From NCBI GenBank assembly GCA_965112735.1, contig OZ218960.1, positions 310,001 through 374,000 on the forward strand: a stretch of 64,000 nt of DNA. Reading direction: 5' to 3'. The notes under the pieces were generated by a model, which was given only the letters and a program-made list of their open reading frames with translations, was not told the origin of the DNA and did no database searches. This stretch comes from Phaeosaccion multiseriatum (taxonomy: Eukaryota > Protista > Ochrophyta, other classes). A program made the translations under genes and the position numbers. This document shows, piece by piece, positions 24,630 through 39,022 of the stretch (the stretch's first letter is position 1; every line of letters starts with the position of its first letter).

Positions 24630-25820
24630 CGCTGGGCTGTTCTGTTTGTTCGCCTCCGCGTCGCCCGCACGCTGACTATCTGTTCTCTCAACACCACCAA
24701 GGGGTTTTTGGACACGATTTCAGCTCTCATTTCGCGTAGGTGCTGGTCTGGCTCCCCCCCCTAGCGTAGGGGCTGGTCTGGATCCTCCCCTACCCTGTGG
24801 GGCTTTTCATTTCGCCGCCTCGGCTCTCTTATGCTCCTCTGCTCTGCCCCCGCGCTGGGCTCCTGTGAGTAACAAGCGCCGGCGCTAAGTTGGGGGGGCA
24901 AAGTTGCCGCTGCCTCTGTCTGAGCAGCAACAATTTGGCAGGGAGGGGTTTCCTGCCTCCTTGCATTGCTCTGGCCCCTCCCCGCGCCACCCCGAGTCGT
25001 ATGGACTTATACACTTCCAACGCAGTAGGGAAGCCCTCCCGCGCGAGCAGAGAGAGCGGATTCATCGAGCTTGGCCGGGGCACAGCTGCGTGGGCGAGCA
25101 AAAGCAGCGAGTGCGTTAAAGCTCTCTCCGCGGCCTGCTGCCTCCTGCTCAAGCCCGACACCGTCTCTGGTCTATTGCACTCCCTTGCAGCTCTCTAACG
25201 AAGCCCCTCCTTGCCTACGCCGCTTATATATACTGGCGCGCGAAAAGCTTCAAGGAGAGCACGAATTACCCCTTGCACAATGTCAATCGGAAACCTTGGC
25301 ACCAGGCCCCCCGGGGTCCCAAGCACTCAGCGAGCGGCCAAGTAAGAAAGAGCGTGGCGAGAAGAGGGAGAGAGTCATCACCACACACCTAAGGTAAGAG
25401 CTTCTTGGAAGGTGCTTGATTGGAGAGGAATGGGGGAAGGAGCGGGTCGAAGAAGCCCCTCAGATCCAGAGGGAAGAATTCATTGGATTAGGACAAGAGC
25501 TTAAGCTTGTTTCGAGACGACGCGCTGCTCTGCTCCGGCTACCGTCTTCGCCTTGTTGTTGCTGCTGCTGCTTCTACTGCTGCTGCTGCTGCTGCTGCTC
25601 CCTTCGCCATCCATGTCCTAGAGTCGTTTTGGGGTCCACTTGCTGCTGCTGTTACCGGCCTCCCTCTCAGAAGAGCCTTTCTTGCGCTTTACGCCATTCC
25701 CTACTGCTCCTCCTGCTGCCTTCCTTGCCCTCACCCCACTCTCAGAGCACTCTCGCGACGCAGCGGCTTGCGAAGAGCTTGCGCACAGTCCCTCTCAGCC
25801 CGCGGTGCAGTGCAAGGTAG

Positions 25821-27288
<1,468 letters not shown>

Positions 27289-27829
27289 TCCCTCCCATTG
27301 ACTTGGAGGCATTGGCATTGATGAGTTGTTGGTTGATGAGAGCCGAGGAGGGGTCTCAGGTGGGGAGTTTTCTGTGTTGTTTTGTAGGAGGGAGGCGGCA
27401 ATCGAGGATCGGAGAAGGGGATATGCCGGGCTTTCGACGGCTTCAGCTCGGGCCAAGGCGGGAGGGGGGGAGGGAGGGAGCAGCTGACATTTTTGACGTG
27501 TTTTTTTGTCCCGTTTCCCCTCTGACCCATGTGGGGGAAGGAAGAGGTGGCGTTTGCCCTTGAGGGCTCGTGTTGTATCACCAACTGCCGCTGCTGTTTC
27601 GGCCTTTCTCGAGTACATGCCCTTCTTGAGGTGTCCCCTGTGATTGAAGGATTTCCTCCGGGTGGCAGGAGCAGGCTCGGTGGCCGAGAGGCAGGAAGCA
27701 GCAGCAGCGGCGGGCATCTTCTCTGCGGGACAGCTTTGTGGCCGCGCAGTCGCAGCAGCAGCATCAGCAGCAGCAGCAGTAGCAGCAGTTGGTGATACAA
27801 CAGCAGCGTTGCAGGGCCTCAGGGGCGGC

Positions 27830-27863
<34 letters not shown>

Positions 27864-28833
27864 GTAGCAGCAGTAGCAGTAGCAGCAGTAGCAGCAGCAA
27901 GTATTGAAAGAGAGTGACGTGCTCTGCAGCGCTGCCAACAAGAGCGGGTGTACAGACTTAGAGACTGAGAAATTTGAGTCAGGCGGCGGGGAGAGAGAGA
28001 GAAGAGAAGATAGGGGGAAGGGGGGTGGATGGGAAGTAAATCAGGACCAGAGAGGAACGCAAGAGGGAGAGGCACACTGCGTATGTGCGGGTCGCTGCCT
28101 CTTCCCATGTCCGCGGCCGTGGGAAAGAAGGAAGCAGAATGCGAAGGACTGAAGTGCTTGAAAGAGAGAACGATGAGCGGGTAGTGTTCATTTTCAGCTC
28201 CCCCCATTCGGCGGGCTGGGCACGATAAGAGAAGAACAATAGACGTGTACAGCATCGAAGGGCGCCAATCCAAAGAGTGAGGAGAAGCTTCTGTGGGTTG
28301 GTTGTCAACCTTTCTTTTGTCATATTCAATGCTTGGGCAGATGTATATCCTAATTGCTGCCGCGGTGCTGGCCTTGGGCTCTACGCCTTCGTCCAGCGTC
28401 GAGTTAAAGCTTCCATTTTCACTGACCTCAACTGTTCTTCTCCCTTCCCTCTTGTCGGCGTTCGGAAAACTAAAAATTCTCCTGCGACCTTTATACTCCC
28501 CACCCCATCTTCCACTCTCCCTTATATTGTGACAGTTACAGTGCCCCGCCCCCTTCCTCCCGAGCATGCCTTGTCTGCGGCGCCTTTCGCAGTCAACAGT
28601 GTCTGTCCTCCCTCCGTAAACAACCCCCTCTCCCCTACCGCTTGAATCAATCAACCATCATGGTGGTGGGTGTGATGACCGCGCTATACGCTACCGGCTG
28701 ATCCATCACATTGCGTAGAGCATTGCTGCTTCCCTTTCTTCCTCATTGCGTGCTGCTTGTGTGTGTTGCTTCCTTCTTTCTCGATGCCCTTTCTACACCC
28801 TTTCGTCTTGTGTGCTGCTTCATTCTCACTCGT

Positions 28834-31086
28834 TTACTCGTCGGTGGCCACGCGCTTGCTTGCTCGCAGGCCCGGCAAGGCCCCGAGGGGGCGCGAAGGC
28901 GGCTGAGGGGGCGGGGAGTGGGCCCTCTTCCTTCCTCGCTCCCCACTCCTCTTGGCCTGCCCATCGTCCTCCACCGCCGGCGCGTCGCGGGGGGAAGGGC
29001 CGTTGGCCTCGGCGTCGCTCTTTTCCTCTCCTCCCACTCGGATGCCAGCCACTGCGGCCGACGCTGCCGCTGCCGCTGCGACTGCTGCCGCCCGTGCTGC
29101 CGTAGCTGCGGCTGCGGACATGGCGGACACGGACGTTGCGGACCTGTTGTTGCCGCCGCCGCCGCTGCTGCTGCTGCCGCTGCTGCTGGACGGGGGCGTC
29201 TCCTTGTCCTTGAGCGCTGCCCCCCCCGCGGATGCGGCCGCTGCCGCCGCTCCTGCCGCCGACGCCGCTGCTGCCATGGGCGTGGTAGGAGGAGGTGCCG
29301 CCGCCATGACAGCAGGAGGACCCGCTGCCACCGCAGTCAGGGCCACCGCCGCCGCCTCGTGCGGGTTCTGCTCCAGCCGCAGGAGTTCTTCCTTCTCGTG
29401 CTTCTTGCACATGCCCATGCGGCCCTGTGCGAACTTCTGACAGTCGAGCACCTTGCAGATCTTCTTTGTGGGGCGGCCGCCGTGCGCGGTGCACTTTCCC
29501 TGGCTCACGGACCACTTGTCGCAGCCCTCGATGATACAGGCGCGCTTGGGCCCTCCGTGACGATAGCAGAAGCCCCCCTCCTTGATCTTGGCTCGCATGT
29601 CGCAGCCTTCCTTCTTGCATCGCGCCCCCGGCCTGGCTCCGTGCCGAATGCACACGCCACCTCGCACTGCCTGATTGCCACACCCGTCCTGGCTGCAGAG
29701 GGCCTTGCTGGGGTAGGGCTTCATGGTGTACGCAGGCGGTACGTTGGTGTTGGCGTTGGCGTTGGCGGAAGCAGCAGCGGCGGCAGCGGCGGCGGCAGCG
29801 GCGCTGTTGGGAGAGCTAGTGCCCCCGCTGGCACCGCTGGCACCGCCGACCCCCATGGTCCCGCCCCCGCCCGGCAGCACGGGCCCCGCGGGGAACTGGC
29901 TGATGCCCACGGCACGCGCTCCCCTGCCCCGCTTCTTGAGTGGGTTGTTGCCTGCCCCCACGCCCCCGCCCACACGAGTGTCTCTCTCATCAGCAGGGGG
30001 GAAGTGCTCCCTGACGGAGGCGCCGTGTAGTACGCACATGCCCGCCCCGAAGGGAGGCACTCCATTCATGCAGCCAGGGGTGCGGCAGCGGCGGGCCCCG
30101 TGCTGCACACACACGCCGCGGGAGAGGGACTTGTTAGGACAGTCCGTGAAGGAGCATTGCTTGCGCACGGCTCCGTGCTTGACACATACGCCCCCGCTGT
30201 ACACGATGTTGTCGCAGCCCTCCATCTTGCACCTCTTGCGGACTCGCGGTGGCACGTCTCTCTCCGGGCCGTGGCGCGTGCACACTCCCTTGAGGTGGGC
30301 CTTGCTCTTGCAGCCCTCAATGGCGCAGGGCTCCTTGTGGGTGTTGCTGTGGCGGTCGCACAGCCCGCGGCGGACGGCGAAGTTCGGGCACGAGCCCTCC
30401 ACGCCCCCGCTGCTGTTCTCCACCTTGTACGAGCAGCGCTTGCGTGGCGCCCCGTGACGGTAGCACACCCCCCTCAGCACGGCGAAGTTCTGGCAGCCCT
30501 GAGTATTGCACAGCAGCTTCCTCTGCTTGCCCTTGCTCGGGACGCCCGGGGCTCCCGTGCCCCTCGCCGCGATGCGCACGGCATTAACAGCAGCCGTCGA
30601 GGGTGACAATCCTCCTGCTCCAACTGGTGCTCCTCCTCCGAGTCCTCCTGCTGGTGCTGGTGCGACGGGTGGTGGAGTTGCCCCCGTGGCGGCCGTGGCA
30701 GCCCCCTCCGCAGCTGCGGCCAGAGCGGACTGCGGGGGCCGCGGGGCGCTGAACGAAGCCCCCACCACGGCAGCGGCTGCGGGCCCTCCCTGCGGCTGCG
30801 GCTGGGGGGGCGGATTGGCCTTGGGCGGTGCTCCAGGTGGGGCGTCCCCGCCTGCCGCTGGCCCTTGAGAAGAAGAAGCAGACATGTGGGCAGCCACAGC
30901 CGCGGCAGCAGCCACTGCAGCCACCCGGGCCGCGTTGGCCGAGGCGACGTTTTGGTCTCGGTTGTTGCTGTCCGCAGGAGGTGGTGTGGGGGCGGGGGGG
31001 GTGACCGGCGACGTGGAACTGTCCCCAACGCCCGTCCCGTTTCCGCTGCCGCTGCCGCCGCCAGTCTTGATGGTGTTGGTCGCCAT
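28834..31086 (-). CDS. Repeated C-x4-C-x8/9-C-x2-H(G) zinc-finger protein (WRKY19-like finger repeats)
   Basis: 750-aa ORF with two clusters of fingers, e.g. CNTQGCQNFAVLRGVCYRHG, CKMEGCDNIVYSGGVCVKHG, CSQDGCGNQAVRGGVCIRHG and CIIEGCDKWSVSQGKCTAHGG. The extreme 3' end may be spliced. Confidence 0.85.
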   Translation of the reverse strand: MATNTIKTGGGSGSGNGTGVGDSSTSPVTPPAPTPPPADSNNRDQNVASANAARVAAVAAAAAVAAHMSASSSQGPAAGGDAPPGAPPKANPPPQPQPQGGPAAAAVVGASFSAPRPPQSALAAAAEGAATAATGATPPPVAPAPAGGLGGGAPVGAGGLSPSTAAVNAVRIAARGTGAPGVPSKGKQRKLLCNTQGCQNFAVLRGVCYRHGAPRKRCSYKVENSSGGVEGSCPNFAVRRGLCDRHSNTHKEPCAIEGCKSKAHLKGVCTRHGPERDVPPRVRKRCKMEGCDNIVYSGGVCVKHGAVRKQCSFTDCPNKSLSRGVCVQHGARRCRTPGCMNGVPPFGAGMCVLHGASVREHFPPADERDTRVGGGVGAGNNPLKKRGRGARAVGISQFPAGPVLPGGGGTMGVGGASGASGGTSSPNSAAAAAAAAAAASANANANTNVPPAYTMKPYPSKALCSQDGCGNQAVRGGVCIRHGARPGARCKKEGCDMRAKIKEGGFCYRHGGPKRACIIEGCDKWSVSQGKCTAHGGRPTKKICKVLDCQKFAQGRMGMCKKHEKEELLRLEQNPHEAAAVALTAVAAGPPAVMAAAPPPTTPMAAAASAAGAAAAAASAGGAALKDKETPPSSSSGSSSSGGGGNNRSATSVSAMSAAAATAARAAAVAAAAAASAAVAGIRVGGEEKSDAEANGPSPRDAPAVEDDGQAKRSGERGRKRAHSPPPQPPSRPLGALPGLRASKRVATDE

Positions 31087-31807
31087 CGCCCTGCCGCTAC
31101 TCTGCTCTGCTCAAGGAAGGCGTCCCCTGTCTGCAGCAGCGCAGGAGGGAGGCAGGAGGCAAATGCGGAAAAAGGAGCCGTTTGACAACGAGTGGTAAGA
31201 TCGGGGGAGGAAAATAACTGGCCTAAACAGCCCAACCTCTCCACGGGGTGCACGGCCCAGCCCCACCCCTCCTGCCGCCCGCTCTCCCCTGCCCCACGGT
31301 GCTGTTCGCTGCCTCCTCCTACGCCGTTCGAAGCCGAAACAAAACACTCTCACCTTCCCTTCACTTCAACGCTACTTTCCTACACCTCCGCCTCCACCCC
31401 CTCGCACCTTCACACTCTCGGCCGCTTGCACGTCGGCGGGTCTCCCTTCTCCTGCTGCACACGATGAATGGAGAAGGTCTGTGGCAGTTTGGTTGATTCA
31501 CAAGTGGCTCTGTGAGTCCTTGCTTGGCTGTGAGCTCTGAAGGACCAGCGCCTCCAAACAGCGTAGCCACCGGGGGAAGCAAACGCATATGGGCCAGAAA
31601 AGGAGGGACGACGCGAAACTCAAATCCCCTGCCATCATCGATCCGATCCTGGCGGGAGATTTAAAGCGGAAGGCGAGGTCCACGGCACCAGGCTCGCTCT
31701 ACCGACGGGAGAAGTAGGAGAAGAAGCGGGAGCGCTAGGCGAAGTGGGATCAGCTGAGTAGGAGAAGCAGCGGGGCAGGGGTTCGCGGAAGAGAGGCAGG
31801 GCCTGCG

Positions 31808-33537
31808 ATGGACAACGGGGAGGCGACTGCAGCGCCGGAGGAGGCGGGTGCGGATGCGGCAGAGCCCAGTCCGCTGTTCGACGCCTTGCTCTCCCCTTCT
31901 GCTGCGGAGGATGAGCTGTTCGAGGATAGGCAGGTATGTTGCGAGGATTTTATTTATGAGTTGGCGGCAACTTGGGTCTCCTTCTCTCCCTGTCGGTCGG
32001 TCCCAGTCGGTCGGAGGAGAGTTGCTCTCCAGCCGCAAACTTGTCCCTACGTCCGTGATCATTGAGGCGGACAAGACGCACGTGAATGAAGCGGTACTGC
32101 CTCGCCTCCCCTAAATCCTCTCCCCGTCCCCCCCCCCGGTCGGCTCAATCTTGCGTGCCAGTCGGACAACTTGCTGAGCTGGCTCCTGATGAATGCAGAC
32201 CAGTACCATCCAGGCGACGGGGATGGTGCCGACGGTACCGACTTGCTAGATAGCCCCGGGGGCTTCTCGTCGGCCGGCTGGGCGGCGGCAGGGGGAGACG
32301 GAGGCGGGGACGGACAAGCAGAAGGGTTGGCGAGTATGCAGTGGTGTGATGGTACTGGAGGAGGGACAAGCTCGACTCAAGTCGGGCCCCCTTTACTACC
32401 CTCGCTGCCATTAGGCTCGCTGGCTGCTTTCGCAGACACCGGTGGCGCGGTGATAGGGCAGCAGCAAACCGCGCTTGAGGGCGGAGCGGCATACACAGGA
32501 GCAGGAGGACACCCCGCGGGAGACTCCTTGGCGGTAGCAGCAGTAGCAGAGGTAGCAGCAGGAGGGCGCGTGAGACCAGGTCTCACACAGTCTGGAGGAA
32601 AGGGGGCCAAAGCGGAAATGAATAGCAGCAGTGGAGGCGCTGCTGATGCCAACGGCGGAGGCAGCGCGGGGGGGCAAACGGCGGGGAAGGCACGCAGGAA
32701 AAGGTGGGTTGGGGACATGGCTGGGGAAGGGCGTTTTGAAGACTTGGAAAGGGCCAGGAAGGGGCCTCGTAGTGGGCCTGCTAGCACCCGCTGCCCTCCG
32801 ACTGTGTTGTGCTGTTTTAACGAAGTACTTCATAGTATTTTATAATCGGTGGGAGAAGAGAGGGGGCGAATGCGGCAGTGCAGGAGTCACCTCCTCGGGG
32901 AGAAAAAGCAGGCTTCTGCATTGCCAGTATTGGGGGGTGGGTCCCTCGAATGTTCGTTGCCCCTCACTCGTGTCTTTTTGCCTGTGCGTGTGTGTCTGTG
33001 TCGATGTCTGTGTGTGTGGGTGTGGGTGTGGGTGTATGTGTGTGGGTGTGTGTGTATGTATGTGGGTGTATGTGTGTGTGTGGGTGTGTATGTGTGTGGG
33101 TGTGTGGGTGTGTATGTATGGGTGTGTGTGTGGGTGTGTGTGTATGTATGTGGGTGTGTGTGGGTGTGTGTATGTATGTATGTGGGTGTGTGTGTGGGTG
33201 TGTGGGTGTGTGGGCGTGTATGTATGTGGGTATGTGTGTGGGTGGTTGTGCATGTGCTTACGTGTGCGTGTGCGTGTGCACGCCTCAGGAAGAGGATGCA
33301 CGCCGAGGACCTGGAGCTGCGTGTGAAGGAACTCACCAGAGAGAACGAGCGCCTCAGGCTGCACCTCACCAGCGTTAACGAGAAGGTACGTCACTTCGTT
33401 ACTAACCGACTGACTGACATACTTACTTACTTCGTCGTACTAAAGACTCAGGGCTTGCTTACTCTCTTCTCTTACGTCTACATGGAACGGAACGCAGAGA
33501 GGGGGCGCCTGTCGGGCCTGCCGGCGCCTGTGTGTGC

Positions 33538-33577
<40 letters not shown>

Positions 33578-35541
33578 TATATGTGTGTGTGTGTGCGTAC
33601 ATAAACATGTGCATGTGTGTATGTATATATGTGCGTGTCTGGGCTGCCCTTGTCTGTGTTGGGGGGGTGCGCCAAAGAGGGGCTTCAAGGACAATTCGGA
33701 TTTGCCTTCTTTTATGGCTTTCAAGTCTTCTTTTATGGCTTTCAAGTGTCCTTGCTTACTCTCCCTCCCCTTCCCTCCCCTCGAATGGATGACTTTTGTG
33801 ACATGTGTGCATGTACTTGGGCCCTTCCCCATGCCCAATCAGACCCGCATGATGACAGAGCGAAAAACCAAAATGGAGAAGGGCATCTCGGACTTTCTCG
33901 CGCTACCCGTGGAGCAGGAGCAGGGCAACGACCGAAAGCGCCTCGGGCCTCTGCTGAGAGAGTTCAAGGAGATGTATGCCGACTACGGAAACCAGAGGAA
34001 GTCCGAGGTGCTGTTTCACCTCAGGCAGCTGGAGACCTTCATCTGCCCTACCCCCACCACTAAAATGAGTCTGTGGACGCTGGAACAGGGGGATGACTTC
34101 TTTGCTAAGCGCAACAGGAAGAGCTCTTTGAGTGGGATACTTACCAAGGAGCTAGGCCTCACCGAGGACCAGATAAGAAAGATGCAGGAGAGGAGGGAGA
34201 GGTGAGCAAGAGCAAGAGCAAGAGCAAGAGCAAGAGCAAGAGCAAGAAGGAGACGGCGGCTGGGGCTGGGTGGGTGGGTGGGTGGTCCCCCCCCAGAAGG
34301 GACGAAGCGAGGATGAGTGTCAGTTTCACCCCTTTCGTTGAACACCTGGGCCAGCAATGAGGCGTGGCTTCGCTTGAAGCTCCCTCACTTGATTTGATGC
34401 CTTGCCCTCCCTGTTCCGCCCCCGAGTCCCTTTTTCTCGGTGGTCGTCCGCTCATGCATTGCTTCCTCACCCCTCTCTCCTGGTGCGGTACCTTTCCATC
34501 ACTACCTGGTGTTTGCTGCTCTGCCCACTTTCCTGGTGTGGGGTGTCCTACTATTATCACTACATGGTGTCTGGCGCTGTACCATGTACAGAGTGAAGTC
34601 CCTGGTGTCGGATCTCAAGACTTCGCTCCGCCTCGTGCGGCAAATCAACGTGAGTGAACGAGAGGGGTGAAAGCTCAGTGCACGCAGCAGCCGTGGAAGG
34701 AGGGGTGGACGGACTTGGGCAAGTGGGGTGGTGGTGGAGGGAGATATGGGCTGTTGGACAAGAGGGCAAGAAGTGAAATGCTCGCCCTTACCCTTGCCTT
34801 TGCCCCTTGCCTTTGCCCCTTTGCCTTGGTCTCGTCTCTGTATCCGACTTGACCCCTCACGCCACTTTCGCCCACACCCCTCTGGCCCCACCCCTCAGGT
34901 CATGACGGAGCAGAAGCACTCCAATTTAGATAAGAATATGGAGAGGCTCTCCAACATACTCACTCCCAGACAGGTAACAGGGGGGGGGTGCAAACGCTAC
35001 CAAAGGCACCAAACGCACACTCGTCTTCCGCTCTCCATCCATCTCTCTCTCTTCTCTTCTCGCTCTCCATCCATCCATCTCTCTATCTTCTCTTTCTCGC
35101 TCTCCGTGTCTCCTTTCCTCCCTCTGCTCCCTGCTCCCCCTTTCTCCTTATCCTCCTCGTCACTACACTTGTTTCCCGCTGTCTCGGGTCTACTTGCGAA
35201 ACCATTGCACTGAGTACAATTGGTCTTCGTGGCTCCTTGGACCCCCCCCCCCTCCTGCCCCCCCCCCCCCCTCCTGCCCTCCTCTTTCCCCTCTCTCGCC
35301 TTGTTCCTTCTCTGCCATCCGTGCCTCACAGATCGGCATGCTCTTGCTTTGGGTGTCGCGCCACCGAAAGGAGATAGAGGCCAAGGCATCGGAGATTACG
35401 GGGATTTCGCACCAACCTCCCCTCCCAGGAGCAGCAGGAGGAGCAGCAGGAGCAGCAGCAGCAGCAGGAGCAGCAGCAGCAGCAGCAGCAGCAGGAGGAG
35501 GAGGAGGAGGAGGAGAGGGAAAAGAAAGAGCAGCATGTTGA
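31808..35541 (+). CDS. bZIP-like transcription factor with C-terminal helical domain, multi-exon
   Basis: Spliced ARRKR|KRMHAEDLELRVKELTRENERLRLHL forms a basic region plus leucine zipper. Later exons give EVLFHLRQLETFICPT...LGLTEDQIRKMQ and LSNILTPRQIGMLLLWV. Confidence 0.75.
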
Positions 35542-35638
35542 GAACGTCTCCCTTGATTTGAGATTCCTTGTTTATGGTATAGAATATAGAATATTGCATT
35601 GGGGGTCGTGGTGGACACGCTGTACAGGGTGGTGCAGT

Positions 35639-35671
<33 letters not shown>

Positions 35672-36054
35672 CGTGGAGGGGCGACTTTTCGGCATTGAGC
35701 ATTCGCTGCTGTCGCCAACACTCGGCTCACGTCAACAGAGAAGCGAAGCGGAGGAGTGGAGCGGAGCTTGTGGTCGGCACAAATCACAAACCACACCCCG
35801 TCTCGCCGTCCGCATGCTATGCTACCATACGCCCCTTGTTTTTTTGAAGACGTCAAGTCAGGACCTACAAATTGAATAATCACACTAATCGTGCATGTGT
35901 TGTTTCGCCCCTTCAAGTACAGTATTCACGACTCAGCGAAGTGCCACACACGCACACAAGGCAGAGAACACCACAACCCCCTTGTAGCACCCCAACTCCA
36001 CAGCCGTGCCGCTCTCTGCAATACACTTGTCAAAGTCTAGAGCCAAGGCTCAAG

Positions 36055-37496
36055 TTACAGATCGCCCCCGCTTTTTCCTTCTGAAACGCCAAGTGCAGAC
36101 TGGATGTCGCGCTCGATATCTGGTGAAGGGAGGGTGGGGGGGGGGTAATGGTGAGTGAGTGACACGTACTTACACTCACTTTATCAAGTGAGTGGGTGAG
36201 AAACATGGAGGGCAGAGGGAGGTGTGGGGGGAGGAGAGAGACTGAGGGAGAGAGAGAGAGATGGGGTGGGGGGAGGAGAGAGAGGGGGGGGGGATACAAG
36301 GAGAGAAAGGGAAAGGGGGGAGAGAGATACAGAGCCATAAACAGATGCCGTCCCCTCAGATGTACTCAAGCGCGATAATGACCACAGAATCAATGCAAAA
36401 GAAGCACAATTGCCGAATCTACTGAACAATACCTTCGAAGTCAATGCCGTGGTGGTATCGCTTGATGACGTCGCTACCTTTCAGCAAGAACTTGCTGGAG
36501 AGGCGCAGCCCAGTCCAGTGCCATCCGATGATGTCCAGGGGGGGAAGCCAAACGGAGGAGGGGGGGTATAAGGTCTTGCGGGGGGGCCTTCCCTCGCTGC
36601 TGCGATGCCACTGCTGCTGCAGTGCTGCTCCACTGCTGCTACACCTGCTGCTTCACCCCTTCTCTCTTGGCGTCACTCACCTGAAATTCCAAGGAATGTC
36701 CGAAGTGTCCCCACTCTCCGCCTTGAGGTACCTGCGAGACGTGCGAGGCAGGGGGAGGGTGATAGGGCGGGTATCAGCAGCGTCCGACTGACAGATAGAC
36801 AAACAGAGAGAGGGAATTGTTTCTTCTATGTATGCTCATCTGTATACGAGAGAGAGAGAGAGAGAGAGAGGGAGGGAGAGGGAGACATAAAAGACAAGCA
36901 GGTGGATAGATAGACATACAGACAGGCCGACATGGTCGAGAAGAGTGCGCCTGCGTGCCTGCCTGCCATTGTGTACTGACCGAAAGAGGGGGTGGGCGTT
37001 GGCCCCGTTCACCTCCACCTTGGCCATGAGAGGGAAAGTCGCGCCTTGGGACTTAGCAAAGCGGAGAATGTCCGGCCCACTGCCCGGCTCTTGGCCGCCG
37101 AACTAAGGAGAAAGGCGGAAGGGGTTAGCGTCCAAGGTGTGAAGGGCTATTTAGTACTCCTTGTGTTGATACCTGATTGCATGGAAAGGCCAGCACCTCC
37201 AAACCCTTCGGCTTGTACTCTTCGTACAGCTCGTTGAGCTCCTCGTAGTTGTCCTCAGTGTAGCCACATTCAGACGCAACGTTGACGATCAAAATTGCCT
37301 TATTGTTTCTCGTCAGCGTGGAGAAAGCAACCTCGTCCCCAACAATAGAACGCAGCGGGGGAAGGTCGCCCTCTGCTCCTTGTCCGAGCACCCCGGTGAG
37401 TACGGCAAGACAGAGGGCCCCCACGGTGCAGAGAAGGGCCAGTACGCTCTGCGCATTTGGCTTAACCCCCCCTTTCTTCCCCCCGAATCTTGACAT
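36055..37496 (-). CDS. GPX: Glutathione peroxidase (Cys-type) with N-terminal hydrophobic segment
   Basis: Five exons (~37496-37174, 37102-36981, 36732-36681, 36495-36433, ~36120-36055). Motifs: [52 protein letters not shown]. The catalytic codon is TGT. Confidence 0.93.
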
Positions 37497-37725
37497 GATC
37501 GACTCCTCTTTCCGTGACTGATGTAGCTTCCCGCCCTGACCTCGGATGCTTTTCTTCCTGCTGCTGCTACAAAGCCGGACCCCAGGTGAAGTAAATAAGT
37601 AGGTGTCTGGGGAATCGGGGAAGGACGGAAGGACGAGGAACCAAAAGGACGAAAAATGATGTGTGTGTTGTCCTCCTTTTGGAATCACAGACTCCGGCCC
37701 GCTCCGGATTAATTTAATCCTTCCC

Positions 37726-39022
37726 ATGATGCTTCGAGCCTGCTTACGGGAGGGGACTTCCAAAAAGCCGCTGCACAGGCTCTTCGTGGCCCGCCATGGT
37801 CAGCTTCAGCAGGAGCGACAGCTTTCGGATCAGCCGCAAAGAGGCCAGCCTTCGTACTGCCGTGGCAAGGGTACCAAGAGGAGTAGGAGAAAGAGCGATG
37901 GCAGCAGGATGACGCAGCATGCTCCATTCTCGACTTCGTCGTCAGAGCCAGCATCGCCAGCAGAAGCAGCAACAGCAGATGCAGTGGAGAGCTTTACCAA
38001 GCTGGTATACACGAGACACGCCGCCTACGGCTTCGATTCCGAGGTGCCCATACCGCAGCGAGTAGTAGCAGACCTACTACGCCTCACCCAGCGTGCCCCG
38101 TCGTCTTTCAACTCGCAGCCGTGGAGCGTGGTGCTGGTGCAGGACGCGGAGCGGCGCGAGGCTCTGGCCGCTGCCATGCTCGGAGCCAATGCCCGGAAGG
38201 TGCTCGAGGCCCCGCTGGTGGCTGTGTTCTGCGCGGACCTGCAGCCTTCAAAGAGGTGAGTGAGTATGGTGGGGGCTGGGGTACTGCTTGGTGTCGGCAT
38301 GTCCGCAAGTCGACTGGGTTCTCTCTTTGTGGTCTCCCTCTCCTTGCCCTCCCTCTCCCTCTCTACCTCTACCTCTGTCTCTATCTTCCTTTCTTTCCCT
38401 CTCTGTCCACCTTCTCTCTCTCTCTCTCTCTCTCTCTCCCCATCTACCCGACACAGCCACACATACCTTCCAACCCAGAATCCCAACCCATGCCAGCATA
38501 TTCTTCCAAGACATACACGCACACCAAAATAACAAGAACAAACACACTGACAGGTTTCCGCGAATCTTGGAGCTGGCGAAGGCCAACGGCGCGTCGGACC
38601 GTCAACTCAGTACCATGGACATGGCCCTCGGTCTGTTCGGAGGAGAGGGAAGGCTGGCGGGGGCCCTCAAGCAAGCCGCTACCTCCCTCCTGTCCCCCCT
38701 CCGCCCCTCGCCCTCCGTGTGCAACACCGAGGCCTGGTCGAACAAACCTACCTGCATGGCGGCTCAGACATACATGCTCGCTGCCACCGCACACGGACTC
38801 GCCACATGTCCGATGGAGGGCTTCGACGGAAGGAGGGTACGGCACGCCTTGGACGTCCCCTGCCGCTACGCCGTGCCAGTTGTGATCGCCACGGGGTATC
38901 CGGTGCAGGCCGAGTGGGAGAGGCGGCGCTTTGGCGGTGGGGAGAATGCCATGTGGCGGCTGCCGCCGGAGGAGGTGGGCTTCTCGGACCGCTTCGGACA
39001 GCCTCTTCGAACAACAGACTAG
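37726..39022 (+). CDS. Nitroreductase family protein
   Basis: Exons 37726-38255 and 38554-39022. Motifs: [51 protein letters not shown]. Confidence 0.92.

Noticed and set aside
29723-30606. Long antisense ORFs over the zinc-finger, FNIP and protease genes
   Set aside because: They are shadow ORFs expected in GC-rich coding DNA and carry no recognisable motifs.
37260-37285. Possible selenocysteine GPX
   Set aside because: The active-site codon is TGT (Cys), not TGA.
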